Assembly (NCBI RefSeq): GCF_902652985.1
Contig: NC_047016.1
Span: 34,720,001 to 34,784,000, forward strand
DNA: 64,000 bases
Origin: Pecten maximus
Taxonomy: Eukaryota
Direction of reading: 5' to 3'
The notes below the pieces were generated by a model. That model was not told the origin of the DNA, ran no database searches, and saw only the letters and a program-made list of their open reading frames with translations. The position numbers and the translations under genes are program-made. The stretch's first letter is position 1. Each line of letters starts with the position of its first letter. Shown here one piece after another: positions 50,906 through 64,000 of this stretch.

Positions 50906-51724
50906 GTGGCACCCTGTTAAATAATGTATTTATGCGTTTTATATTTGTCTGTCGGTTATTTGCGTTTTCCGAAACCGCGTAAGCGCGCGCATACTTTCGT
51001 TTCGTTTGTATGTATCGTTGTTATAGTAGGCCCCGAATAGGTATACTATTGTTATGTATAGGTGTCGTGTATGTATGGACAATGACTGACCGCTTGACCC
51101 GTGACATGCGCTGTCTAATTCTTTCTTCCTTTTCCCGCCTAATCTTTCTTTCTTTTCTTACTTCTTATTTGGGTTTTGAACAAGACAGATGTATGTACTG
51201 ATTACGCCATTTTTTCCAAGGAGTTTGTCCTTCGTGCCATACACGGGGTGAGTTTACTTTAGATAGTTTAGATAGTTTAAGGAATTATATTTCTAATGCA
51301 TCCATGCTAATATAAATTATTTATAAAGATATTATGTATTTATCTATTCCAAAATTAGTAGATTATTGTTTCATATCTATTGTCTATTTTCTTCTGGTCG
51401 ATCGATGCTAGATCGATATATATATGTAGGTCTTGGTTGCAGTCGTTTTTTATGTGATATCAAAGTATTTGGATAATGTATAGCATATTTATAATAAGCT
51501 ATATAGTATTTTACCTTTTATTTCTTGTGAGAAAGATACGTAATATGTTCAGTGTTATTTTACAAATGTGTGATTGTTTAGGTGCGTTCGATTGTAATGG
51601 TTATCGTGTACAATGTATCGTATAGTTATATATATTATTCGTATATTTTAGGGACTACAATTCCTGATAATAAATAGCATTTGGAATGACTTAACCTGGT
51701 TGTTTGGTCTGTTGGTTCGACGGA
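50906..51724 (+). mobile_element. 819-bp insert, possibly a solo or partial LTR, between 31-bp direct repeats
   Basis: Exact repeat GATTAGATATGGAGCCTGTTTCAAACGAAAT at 50875-50905 and 51725-51755. The insert begins (T)GTGGCAC and carries GGTGAGT..TTTTAG and AATAAA (51669). It lacks a terminal CA. Confidence 0.45.
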
Positions 51725-52033
51725 GATTAGATATGGAGCCTGTTTCAAACGAAATACCATAGAATCGTTGTCACCTACTGTCAGGACGATTTTCATTTAT
51801 AATTTTAGAGTTGAGGTTCTTCTGATCTTCTGAAAATAACTTAAACCCAGTTGATAGAAATATAAGCGGGTGTAATACCTGTTCAAAGCCGCATCACTTC
51901 TAAATCATAACGGTATATGAATGCGCACATCCATATATATACATCTGATTCTGGCAGTGTTTTATATTTGGAAGTATGCGGAAAAAAGAAGCCATGTGTC
52001 GGAAAATATCTAGATGCTTAGAGACATTTTAAA

Positions 52034-52437
52034 TCTGAACACTACATCTAGCTTTCTGGATAGTAAGCTGTCACTGGTCTGAACACTACATCTAGCTTGG
52101 TGGATAGTAAGCTGTCATTGGTCTGAACACTACATCTAGCTTGCTGGATAGTAAGCTGTCACTGGTCTGAACACTACATCTAGCTTGCTGGATAGTAAGC
52201 CTTCACTAGTCTGAATACTACATCTAGCTTGCTGGATAGTAAGCCGTCACTGGTCTGAACACTACATCTAGCTTGCTGGATAGTAAGCCGTCACTGGTCT
52301 GAACACTACATCTAGCTTGCTGGATATTAAGCCGTCACTGGTCTGAACACTGCATCTAGCTTGCTGGATAGTAAGCCGTCACTGGTCTGAACACTACATC
52401 TAGCTTGCTGGATAGTAAGCGGTCACTGGTCTGAACA
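52034..52437. repeat. 44-bp minisatellite
   Basis: Unit TCTGAACACTACATCTAGCTTGCTGGATAGTAAGCCGTCACTGG, about 9 copies. Confidence 0.97.
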
Positions 52438-52694
52438 TTATCCCAAACTTCACAGCTACATTCACGTTTTGTTAGGAAAATCTTAAATCTGCCTTTTGAA
52501 TTAAATATATTTTATTTCGTTTTCAATAATTCAAGCAAAATGATTCGGCACAAGTTACAAAGCCTTTTCCTCAACACATACATGTCTGTGACAATGTCAC
52601 TACATACCACATTATATAGCCAAACAATAGAAAGACTTTAGGAGGAAAAAAGAAAGACGAATACTAAGGAAGTGCAAGAATGACAAATATTTAA

Positions 52695-52852
52695 GGATGG
52701 TACCTCATTTTGACTGCGTATTCGGTAGTATACCCTCGGTTGGCAACGGCCATTTTCTATGGTTAGCGCGACAGCGCTCAATAGAATATGTTCGTTGCCA
52801 ACTGCGGACATACTACCATATACATGTACGTATTCAGAATGAGGTACCATCC
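52695..52852. mobile_element. TTAA-type MITE (Kolobok-like ends)
   Basis: TTAA|GGATGGTACCTCATTTTGA ... TCAGAATGAGGTACCATCC|TTAT. GG..CC termini with a TTAA-like TSD fit Kolobok. Confidence 0.7.
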
Positions 52853-53499
52853 TTATGTTTACATCAAACAAAACATTGAAATACCGTACGAAGGAAATAA
52901 AAGTCGGGATGTGTTACGACGTTGGTAGCTATGACAGCTGGGGTTGCTAAGATAATATAGTTCCAGTGAATTTCCATAGTTAAAAAAAAAAATAAAAGGA
53001 ACAAATCAACATTTTTGTTTAATGCCTTTTACGATTTTGATTAATTGATATATTCACAATCCACTGTTTCCGTCTCGGAATTAATATGGCTGTTTGTCAA
53101 GCACAGCGTGTATTGACACAGATTTAGTACTGACGTGATCGGATGTTCTAGGAGCTGTACGCTTCAGCCATTTGTTGTTAGCTTACCTCGTGGAGAAGTT
53201 AAATATGCACTCATGCATTTCAACAATATTATGTCTGGTTTTTGACAAAATACTCACTTGACATTAGTTTTATTTTGTTCAGAGATCATCGGGTAACATG
53301 AGAAAACGCTTAAATTACGTTGATCATTCCGTTCCAAATGGCGCCGTCTAGTTTACGTTTCGTAACGTCATCTAGAGACGACGTCATGAATTACGTGTTA
53401 CCGATTCCCGCGCTAATTAAAATGCTGAGCCTTTTTTTCACTGCGTATACGCTAACTTATTCGCAGTCAGAGTTTACTTAGCTAAAGTGAAATGTAAAT

Positions 53500-53930
53500 G
53501 TATAGAGGATATCTAACAGTGTCTTCAGTAATTCCAAATATATTTCATTGATCAAAATACTAGCCGCATGAGTGAAATATATTTGGTATTACTGAAGATG
53601 CTCTTAGATATTCTGTTTATTACATTTTATGACAAAATATACCGTATATATCATTGTTGTACCCTGTCAACGGCTCACAAATGTACGCCAAATCGTGACG
53701 TTATGTATTCTATCTTGCATTATGACGTAATATGATATGATTGAGAGCTATATGCAAATTTTAATTTCCCCCTATTATCCTGGGGTACATACACGAATAA
53801 CGATCTCTACTGTACATACGTACCCAGGGAAAAGACAAATCACGAATCCATTAGAATGATGTCATCACTTTATGCAGTTTATCTGTCACAATCGATTAAC
53901 GTCATCAAATCTGTTACGCAATCTTTGCAG
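53500..53930. mobile_element. Non-autonomous hairpin element (Crypton-like architecture)
   Basis: An IR with about 40-bp arms (53508-53547 / 53573-53612: TCTTCAGTAATTCCAAATATATTTCA vs TGAAATATATTTGGTATTACTGAAGA) is followed by a TGACGT-rich body with a further IR CCTGGGGTAC/GTACCCAGG. Confidence 0.55.
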
Positions 53931-55960
53931 TAAATACTCTCTAGGATATAGATATACAGAGATGTCGCAACCCAAGGGATAAGCATTTTTTTTTTAGACT
54001 TTATCACGACGCTTTAGACATCATTTAATTTCCAAGCGTTGAGATATCCATGTCCACATCTCATACATGTGATATATTGGTCCCCGAGGTCTGACGTCAC
54101 GTCAATGTTCTTAAACACAAGCATATCACGCTATTTAAAATTGTCATGTATTTTAAAATTACCAAATTGAATAAATTATGGGTTAGTGACCTCCTTTTTA
54201 TATTCTAATATTCCGTATGCCAATCTTGACTGATTTCTCTTCTGGATTTCCATACTTTTTACCTCTAGCTTCACTGACGATTCCTAGAATGGCGAAAATT
54301 CTTAATGCAGTTTCATATTCGCTCAACTTATCAATAAATTCAACCTTAATGTACAATTCGCTGTTATGTCTTTAGAGTTATTCACGCGTATTTTTCTTTT
54401 CTTTTTGACTCCAACGCTTGTTGAAGCAGAAACGGATAGTGAAAAAGCTGGATGACATGTTAAAATCAATGGCCGTATTGCGATAAGATCTATGTAGGTG
54501 GGTATAGTCGAGACTTGGTGTTGCGTATGATGGGAAGGGGAATTATGTGAGGGATCAGTCTCTCGATCAAACAGGTAGCGATCCCAGTGACTTATTACAA
54601 ACTTAATGATCCAAAGTCGTATCATTCTATCACACCTCGACAGACAGCGTAATTTTAAGGCTTAGCCAATCAGCGAGGGAAAAAAACCAGAAGGTAGCAT
54701 TAATACCGGACATTAGAAAAGAAAAAATAGAAATTGCACCAATATACACACTGCATAGCTCTATCAGATTCTGCAATCCCAATTTCCGATTTGCCTTTTG
54801 TGTCTGCGGCAGCAAGCTTTTAATATCACTTCTATCTTTAGGTTATAAATCTGTTAGGTTGGCATGTGATCGTTGCTATGACCACACATGACAAGTCATT
54901 TTACTTTTTGATAATACTAATGAACATTCCTGTCAAGTATAGACGCCATTTGGTGTCGAAACATCAGCGTGCGAATTTTACCTAACACAACAGGAAGTAC
55001 ATGCAAGTAGATGACGTATTGTTGGTTTGGTATGTATACTGCGCATGTCACTTATGGTTGTTAATAAGACGGAGCATTAATGGTCGTATTGACATGCCGT
55101 CACTACTTCAGAACGTGATTGGTTAACCATTTCGGTGGACAGGCAACCTGACGTCCCCGATTAGAGACTCACACAGATTTGACAACTCAAAATCCGGAAT
55201 CTTTATATTACATAATTCAGATTATTTTTTGCAATGAACTTATTCGTGATGTTGAGCGATGCGTTTTTTGCATTACAATGATTGGCTAACTTGATCAGTA
55301 ATAGTTAAAGATATGCTATATAGTATAAGCATAATTCCTTCTGGTACATTATGAATGATTGATGTCATGTACTTTTGTATCAACGGTCGAGAAACGTTAT
55401 CATTAAACAACCTATTGTTTTTATGGCGGTATATCTATGCTATCAACTGAGAATTATATTTCTTTATAAAGTTTCGAGCTATAAAACTATACATCTTTCC
55501 ATCTCCCGCGAAAAACAAATGACGCCAAATTAGGCAAAGCCATGGTTACTGCTACGTCACAATTGACAAAGTGCATTGTTTGGTTATTTTCATACTAAAC
55601 CCTGCTCTCTGCTAATTTTAGTGTTGAAATGACAAGGAGTGTTACTTATTCAAGTCGTAAAATATCAATTTAATGTTCATTTTAAAACGACATATACACA
55701 CACGTATATTTCACCGCATGGTAAATCTGTGATTAAAACGCAATACACAATTTGCTGACAGTGTACACATTACCTGGGCACTAGAAATGATTTTTTTAAA
55801 ATTCTAAAAAAAAAAAAAAAAAAACCAAAAAAACAAAAAACGTTCACGGTTCCATCCTCAACTTCACGACCGATGTGAAACCCACGCGGCGATTTTACAG
55901 AAAAAAAAATGCCCCTACTCCTTCTTTATCAACAAGGTATTTGTAACACTTGAAGATCGA

Positions 55961-56141
55961 ACGATGCATCGACTGTGGAACGGAAATAGACTATCAATTC
56001 TAGAGCTGTTTTAAAACGGACAGTCTGATTGGTCGACAGTTACAGTTATATTGTTTACAGAGCTGTCGACCAATCCGGTTGCCCGTTGCAAAGCCGCTCT
56101 AGAATACATAGCCTTCTTCCGTTCAACAGTCGATGTATCGT
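55961..56141. mobile_element. 181-bp fold-back MITE
   Basis: 25-bp outer arms with 2 mismatches (ACGATGCATCGACTGTGGAACGGAA), TTCTAGAGC/GCTCTAGAA, and a perfect inner 13-bp pair GATTGGTCGACAG/CTGTCGACCAATC. Confidence 0.85.
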
Positions 56142-56438
56142 CTGCTATCATGGCTGCTTTTGGTCCATATTCTGATCTCTAAATCATTGTCAGACGACAA
56201 AATAGTAACGTACGCTGATATGTTAGGATTCTAAACCAAGTTACGTTATTGAACATTGTGTGCATTTGATATTTTAGTCGAATTGAACTGAATTTAGACA
56301 AGAATAGGAGGTCATCCCCCTCCTCCACTTAAGACTTTTCAAGTTTTGCACCTTGTGGGTATAGCAGGAGCAGGGACTAATACTATTTGTGATATAAATA
56401 CTAACCAGATGCAGACGCCTGTGGCGGCGATCTAGCTA

Positions 56439-56578
56439 NNNNNNNNNNNNNNNNNNNNNNNNNNNNNNNNNNNNNNNNNNNNNNNNNNNNNNNNNNNNNN
56501 NNNNNNNNNNNNNNNNNNNNNNNNNNNNNNNNNNNNNNNNNNNNNNNNNNNNNNNNNNNNNNNNNNNNNNNNNNNNNN
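56439..56578. other. Assembly gap
   Basis: Run of N. Confidence 1.
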
Positions 56579-57104
56579 CGCATGTCAATTCTACATAAAA
56601 CATCATCTGTATTAAAACTATACAGAATTATCAAAATTTAGAATTAACGCCTAGCCTATTAAGTAAAGGCGTTCGACACACTCAGAGAAAAAAAATACAT
56701 ATTCAGTTAGTACGGTTTTTGAACTAAATTGATATACATGTTGTATTCAAAGTAGTAAGTGCTTTCAGTTCGGTGACATACCTATACATCTCCTTTGTCG
56801 ATTAAGAAAACAGGTTGCCGTGGGCACCATTGTCATGCAAGCTTATGCAATGTTCTCTCTCATCCGCGCTCGCGGAGTTCCATGTAGCACATTATTGACA
56901 TGTTCTATACCCGCCAACGCAATGTCTTCGGCATCCCGCAGCAACAAGTCAACCATTCGGAACACCACGGGGACATCGTAATGACATTGTAATGTTCTAT
57001 TTTTTGGGTTTGATAATGTGCACGCACTAAAAGAAACAACACGAAACACATTTAACATCGGGAAAGTGTAAAACTGTCTTATTTTACGTGTCTTTGGCGT
57101 TTTA

Positions 57105-58455
57105 CTACTAGGATTCCTATAAAATAGTACTACCAGAATTCCTATATAATAGTACTGCTGAAATTCCTCTTTAACAGTTCTTCTAGGATTCCTGATAATA
57201 GTACTACTAGGATTTCAAGATTACAGTTCTGCTAGGATTCCTAGCTTACTGTATTACTAGGATTTCTCGATCACAATATTACTATGATTCCTAGATTACA
57301 GTATTACTAGGATTACTAGATTACAGTTTTACTAGGATTACTAGATTACAGTACTACTAGGATTCCTAGGTTACAGTATTACTAGGATTTCTCGATCACA
57401 ATATTACTAGGATTACTAGATTACAGTACGTCTATGATTCCTAGATTACAGTACTACTAGGATTCCTGGATTACAGTATTACTAGGATTCCTAGATTACA
57501 GTACTACTAGGATTCCTAGATGACAGTATTACTAGGATTCCTAGATTACAATACTACTAGGATTCCTAGATTACAGCACTTCTAGGATTCCTAGATTACA
57601 GTACTACTAGGATTCCTAGATTACAGTATTACTAGGATTCCTAGATTACAGTATTACTAGGATTCCTAGATTACAGTACTACTAGGATTCCTAGATTACA
57701 GTATTACTAGGATTCCTAGATTACAGTATTACTAGGATTCCTAGATTACAGTATTATTAGGATTCCTAGATTACAATATTCCTAGGATTCCTAGATTACA
57801 GTACTGATTACAGTACTACTAGGATTACTAGATCACAATATTACTAGGATTCCTAGATTACAGTATTACTAGGATTCCTATATTACAGTACTACTAGGAT
57901 TCCTAGATTACAGTACTACTAGGATTCCTAGATTACAGTATTACTAGGATTCCTAGATTACAGTATTACTAGGATTCCTAGATTACAGTATTACTAGGAT
58001 TCCTAGATTACAGTACTACTAGTATTCCTAGATTACAATATTCCTAGGATTCCTAGATTACAGTACTGATTACAGTACTACTAGGATTCCTAGATTACAA
58101 TATTACTAGGATTCCTAGATTACAGTACTACTAGTATTCCTAGATTACAATATTCCTAGGATTCCTAGATTACAGTATTACTAGGATTCCTAGATTACAG
58201 TACTACTAGGATTACTAGATTACAATATTACTAGGATTCCTAGATTACAATACTACTAGGATTCCTAGATTACAGTACTACTAGTATTCCTAGATTACAA
58301 TATTACTAGGATTCCTAGATTACAGTATTACTGGGATTACTAGATTACAATATTACTAGGATTCCTAGATTACAATACTACTAGGATTCCTAGATTACAG
58401 TATTACTAGGATTCCTAGATTACAGTACTACTAGGATTCCTAGATTACAATTTTA
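57105..58455. repeat. 25-bp minisatellite
   Basis: Unit ACTAGGATTCCTAGATTACAGTA(C/T)T, about 50 copies, decayed at the left edge. Confidence 0.97.
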
Positions 58456-58799
58456 CTTGTAGTACTTTTACAAATCTAGGAACACTAGTATAAGTTTAAC
58501 ATAGGAATTGTAGCAACGGGGCAAGCGGCCGTTATAGAAAGGTTGCTGTTATAGACAGTTTGTATTTGTCAACATTTGATGTGTCATGGATTCCTAGATT
58601 TTAATGTACTTGAATTTCTCTGGGTGATCTTGGACTATACATGTAATGATCTTGGACTATACATGTAATTCTAATAGCATTTTCAAGATTTTAAAAATGG
58701 TTAAAAGATATAATTAGTACCTAAAGTATTTATGAAGTATGACTATAATCTGATGACAATGCTAAAAGAGCCATGCCATACCAAATGTCAGAAAAGATG

Positions 58800-59440
58800 A
58801 ACTGTATATAACAACCACCTTTCTATAACGACCGCATATCCCTAACTATATGTATCAACTGTCTATAGCAACCGCTTGCATCTTAGCCACGTCTTAACCT
58901 ACCATCAGTCTATAAAAACTACCTGTCTATAACGGCCGCACGTCTCTAACTATATGTATCAACTGTCTATAGCAACCGCTTGCATCTTAGCCACGTCTTT
59001 ACCTACCATCAGTCTATAAAAACTACCTGTCTATAACGGCCGCACGTCACTAACTATATGTATCAACTGTCTATAGCAACCGCTTGCATCTTAGCCACGT
59101 CTTTACCTACCATCAGTCTATAAAAACTACCTGTCTATAACGGCCGCACGTCACTAACTATATGTATCAACTGTATATAGCAACCGCTTGCATCTTAGCC
59201 ACGTCTTTACCTACCATCAGTCTATAAAAACTACCTGTCTATAACGGCCGCACGTCTGTAACTATATGTATCAACTGTCTATAGCAACCGCTTGCATCTT
59301 AGCCACGTCTTTACCTACCATCAGTCTATAAAAACTGCCTGTATATTACGGTCGCATGTCCGTAACTATATGTATCAACTGTCTATAGCAACCACTTGCC
59401 TCTTACCTACCATTGATCTATAGCAACAACCTGTCTACAC
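58800..59440. repeat. 104-bp tandem repeat
   Basis: AACTGTCTATAGCAACCGCTTGC... starts at 58857, 58961, 59065, 59169 (one substitution) and 59273, giving about 6 units. Confidence 0.95.
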
Positions 59441-60269
59441 TAAGCACTTGGGCAGTACCATTTGCAATATTTTATGACAAGGGAGACAACCGTATCATTC
59501 TTGTAGTGGTTATCATATCGATTCGCCAAGTTTAACAGCACATTATGAATCTACACTACATGGCTATAGGTAGTTTGAAGTACGTGGTAAAACACTACAT
59601 GACTATAACTTGTTTAAAGTACGTGGTGAGAAGCTACGGCATTATACCCATGTTTCACACCCTCACTATTTCTTACATTCTTTGAGTACACGTATAAACA
59701 GTATTATTTGTTTAGTTTGACGTCTTATGTAACTCCAGATTTTCCATCGATGTAGCAGGAACGTAAAAAAACATACTTGACACTACGGTCCTTTTGAAAT
59801 GTCCTGGCTAACAGTTGTGATCATATCTAATATATTTATTGAAAAAAGTTTACTTTGAATTGACGTTATAACCAGATTCCAAGAAAGAAACTCCTCACAC
59901 TTGAGACTTCGTCAATTTTGTAACTTTAATCATTCTGATTCATGTAATGGAGAAATAGAGGCCACGATAGCCAACCTCCGGTAAAGATCAGATTATGTTT
60001 CTCAGGAAGTTGAAATCCTGGGCCTTCATATGTTGTCTTCATGTCGTGTCCTTGGACATTAAATGAACAAGGTCGCATAGTGAAACTATGACGATATAGG
60101 GAAAGGATAACATTTCAAAATTAAAATTATCCGATCAGGCATATATAGGGTACGTATATACGATAATGGCTTTATATGACAGTCTAATTAAAATTCAATT
60201 TTCAATTTAAGTCAAATTGTTGACTTAAATTCAACATCAAATTTTAATTAGGTTATATATAAGGTATAG

Positions 60270-62224
60270 TGTTGATGTGATATAATGTCGGTAAATGGTA
60301 AAGTGTCGGTACATGGTAAAGTGTCGGTGCATGGTAAAGTGTTGGTACATGGTAAAGTGTCGGTACATGGTATAGTGTCAATTCATGGTATAATGTCGGT
60401 ACATGGTAAAGTGTCGGTACATGGTAAAATGTCCGTACATGGTATAGTGTCAATTCATGGTATAATGTCGGTACATGGTAAAGTGTCGGAATGTGGTATA
60501 GTGTTGATACATGATATTGTGTCGGTATATAGTAAAGTGTCGGTATATATGATATAGTATCGGTACATGGTATAGTGTCGGTACATGGTAAAGTGTCGGT
60601 ATATATGGTAAAGTGTCTGTATATGGTATAGTTTCGGTACATGGGTAAGTGTCGGAATGTGGTATAGTGTCGGTACATGGTATAGTATCGGGGTATGGTA
60701 TAGTGTCGGTTTGCGGTATAATGTCGGTATGGTATAGTTGCAGTATATGGTACTTTCTGTATATGGTATGTTGTCGGTATGTGGTATAGTGTCGGTGCAT
60801 GGTAAAGTGTCGGTACATGGTAAAGTGTCCGTACGTGGTAAGGTGTCGAAATGTGGTTTAGTGTTCGATACTTAATATAGTGCCTATATATGGTAATGTG
60901 TCGTACATTATTACTGTCGGGACAGGGTGTAGTGTCGGTATATGGTAATGTGTCGGAACATTGTAATGTGTCTGTACATGATAAAGTGTCGGAATGGCTA
61001 TAGCGTCGATAAATTGTATTGTGTCGGTACATGGTATAGCGTCGGTACATGGTATAGTGTCGGTACATGGTATAGCGTCGGTACATGGTATAGCGTCGGT
61101 ACATGGTAACGTGTCGGTACATGATATAGTGTCGGTATATGGTATAGTGTCTGTATATGATATAGTGTCAATACATTGTAAAGTATAGGTACATGGTATA
61201 TTGTCGGTACATGGTAAAGTGTCGGTACGTGGTATAGTGTCGGTACATGGTAAAGTGTCGGTACATGGTATAGTGTCGGTACATGGTAACGTGTCGGTAC
61301 ATGATATAGTGTCGGTATATGGTATAGTGTCTGTATATGATATAGTGTCGGTGCATTGTGTAGTGTCGGTATATGGTTTAGTGTCGGTACATGGTATATT
61401 GTCGGTAAATGGTAAAGTGTCGGTACATGGTAAAGTGTCGGTACATGGTAAAGTGTCGGTACATGGTAAAGTGTCGGTACATGGTAAAGTGTCGGTACAT
61501 GGTATAGTGTCGGTACGTGGTATAGTGTCGGTACGTGGTATAGTGTCGGTACATGGTAAAGTGTCGGTACAGGGTAAAGTGTGGGTACATTGTAAAGTGT
61601 CGGTACATGGTAAAGTGTCGGTACGTGGTATAGTGTCGGTACATGGTAAAGTGTCGGTACATGGTATAGTGTGGGTACATTGTAAAGTGTCGGTACATGG
61701 TAAAGTGTCGGTACATGGTAAAGTGTCGGTACGTGGTATAGTGTCGGTACATGGTAAATTGTCGAAATGTGGTAAATTGTCGGTATATGGTAAAGTGTCG
61801 GTACGTGGTATAGTGTCGATACATGGTAAAGTGTCTGTAAATGGTAAAGTGTCGGTACATGGTATAATGTCGGTACATGGTATAGTGTCGGTACATGGTA
61901 AAGTGTCGGTACATGATATAGTGTCGGTATATGGTATAGTGTCGGTACATTGTAAAGTGTCGGTACATGGTAAAGTGTCGGTTTATGGTAAAGTGTCGGT
62001 ACGTTGTATAGTATCGGTATATGGTATAGTGTCGGTACATGGTATAGTGTCGGTACATGGTATAGTGTCGGTACATGGTATAGTGTCGGTACATTGTAAA
62101 GTGTCGGTACAGGGTAAAGTGTCGGTTTATGGTAAAGTGTCGGTACATGGTATGGTGTTGGAATGTGGTAAAGTGTCGGTACATGGTATAGTGTCGTATA
62201 TGGATAGTGTCGGTACATGGTATA
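60270..62224. repeat. 18-bp minisatellite
   Basis: Unit GTGTCGGTACATGGTA(A/T)A, about 108 copies. It produces 6-aa periodic ORFs on both strands. Confidence 0.98.
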
Positions 62225-64000
62225 TAATTTGGGCGATGATATATTCAGTTTCTTAATATATCTGTAGTAATCCGATCGCCTCTGCCGGTGTCAGTTACAG
62301 ACACGCAAGGGTATATAGACATATATTGATTAAGTAATAACATCATTTGCTTCACTTATCCGTGCTGTGATACGTCAATCAGATCTATAATGAAAAACGA
62401 CGCCAAACAATTTTCCCCACAAAGGACGCCGCTATATACAAGTCCCCCCGCCATTGTGAAACATTGCTTGGTGGCTGACAGCACGTAGAGAGGCTAAAAC
62501 AGCGCTAGCGACTCGTTGACAGGTGGCTCCCTGCCACAAGACGTCAATCAAATTGGACCGTTTCTCTCCAAGCTCTTGTGGTATTAAGGGTCAGCGCTCA
62601 AATAACGATTATTACTTTATATGGACACAAAAAAGTAGTTTGCGCCTGGCTGACCGAAGCCTTGTCGGCTTAGTAACTGTAATGACCACTACCAACCTAG
62701 TATTTTGGGCTAGATCAACCTTCGATTAGAGGACTTTTTACGAGAGAGTTAGGTAGTAGAACCCTGCTGATAATCGCCATGGAAGTGGTGGCTATTTACG
62801 TATATATACTGTACATGTATAGTATTAAATCATTAATATCAAAACAATTTACGCAACGAATGTTTGGCCTTACTGCAGCCCTCAGAAATTGTCGTCTGTG
62901 ATATGTTCAATGTTCAATATACAAACAACTAGATGGACTTGCGAATTATGTTATTTTGTACTAAACCAGTCCATAGTTACATGTATTAATTGTTTATGTA
63001 TCAAATTTGATGAAATTTGATCATTGTCTCCACAGCGTAAATGCTTACATGGGATTTTTTTCCTTGTGATTCCTACACGTATCATCAGGTCAATGTCATC
63101 GATAAGGTAACCCGACTATACGCCGTTAGGGCTTACAACATTTGTCATTGATCATCACAGGAGATAATACAGAGTCGTTGAAGCGTGACTTTTTCTCAAT
63201 CATCGAAAATATATAAGGGCGTTTTAAGCTCAAATTCCACAAGTGATAGATATTGGGAGTCCAATAGCCACAGCATTACATATATAACTACGCAACGGCC
63301 ATGGGCGTAAACACATCGGATGCTAATAAAACAAGGCCGCTGTTGGTGATGTGGTTTGATGATGATCATGATGTAGTGTCTGTCGTACAAGGCCAATCAA
63401 GTTCTTGTCTTCTCTGTTAGATGTTCATACCGTTCACGCCACCATGCATATATACATTGATATCATTTATTACAAAGTCATCTGGTCTCCTTCTGTTTGT
63501 TCCGCGTGTGTTGTTTAACGAGTCTGTCGCTTTCTTGTCTGTTGTTTTTGCCTTCGAGTATCCCATACATGTTACCGTGTTTCCCAAACCGCCAGAAGGC
63601 TGGATCGGCCCCTAATTTGTTGTGTTCACGCCAATCAGAAGGTTGAGTGAACCCCTTTATTGTCGTTTTTTATTCTCGCGTATAAGAAGGTTTGGCCGGC
63701 CCCTTTTGCTGCGTGTGTCACCATGGAGGTTTTACTTGTCTCTTTCTTGGTTTTGTTGTTATAATATCGCGAATAAAAATATCTAGACCGGTTCCTTGTG
63801 TTCCTGCGAATCATCAGACTTGGCTCGCCCCTTCTTCGCGATGTTTATTTACGTGGATCGAAATACTAGACTTGTCCCGTTTTGTGCGTGTCATTTTTAA
63901 TCTCGCACATCACCAGATTGAGCCGACCACCTACTTGTGTCCTTTACCTGACTACTCACAATGTTTTGAGACGTCCCGTTGTAAGCCATGTCCCGTCTTC

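Noticed and set aside
56843-57058. 71-aa minus-strand ORF with a protein-like C-terminal half
   Set aside because: No recognisable motif or convincing splice signals.
60253-62256. Long ORFs (YHVPTL)n, (VSVHGK)n and (MYRHYT)n, up to 406 aa, as a His/Tyr-rich structural protein
   Set aside because: The 18-bp unit is open in several frames on both strands, variants are not biased to synonymous sites, and there is no signal peptide or unique domain.
63301-63420. 39-aa plus-strand ORF with good Kozak context (MGVNTSDANK...)
   Set aside because: It is short and has no recognisable homology. The adjacent T-rich 63420-64000 could be UTR or LTR sequence but cannot be assigned.

Overview
This is AT-rich eukaryotic DNA with no confidently recognisable protein-coding gene, so it is most likely intergenic or intronic. 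The repeat content points to a bivalve mollusc, probably a scallop-like species (inference from recalled repeat families; no database search was run). It includes V-, Meta- and CORE-domain tRNA-derived SINEs, a Helentron-type element with 155-bp repeats, and Penelope, CR1-type and mariner relics. About 11-12 kb (my sum of array spans) is minisatellite, in about 16 arrays with units of 18-104 bp. All ORFs longer than about 140 aa in the track come from these arrays or adjoining SINE sequence. The window also holds fold-back MITEs, Crypton-like hairpin elements, an LTR-like insert flanked by a 31-bp duplication, and two assembly gaps. There is no CRISPR array, operon or prokaryotic system. I cannot support a novel multi-gene system here. 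The most interesting signals are: (i) a young V-SINE whose three copies all sit in tandem-repeat DNA; (ii) a chimeric Meta-SINE sharing that SINE's 3' hairpin tail; (iii) a 41-bp array with a perfect 20-bp palindrome, bracketed by an inverted SINE pair; (iv) a triplicated Penelope RT motif; and (v) a few promoter/enhancer-like motif clusters.
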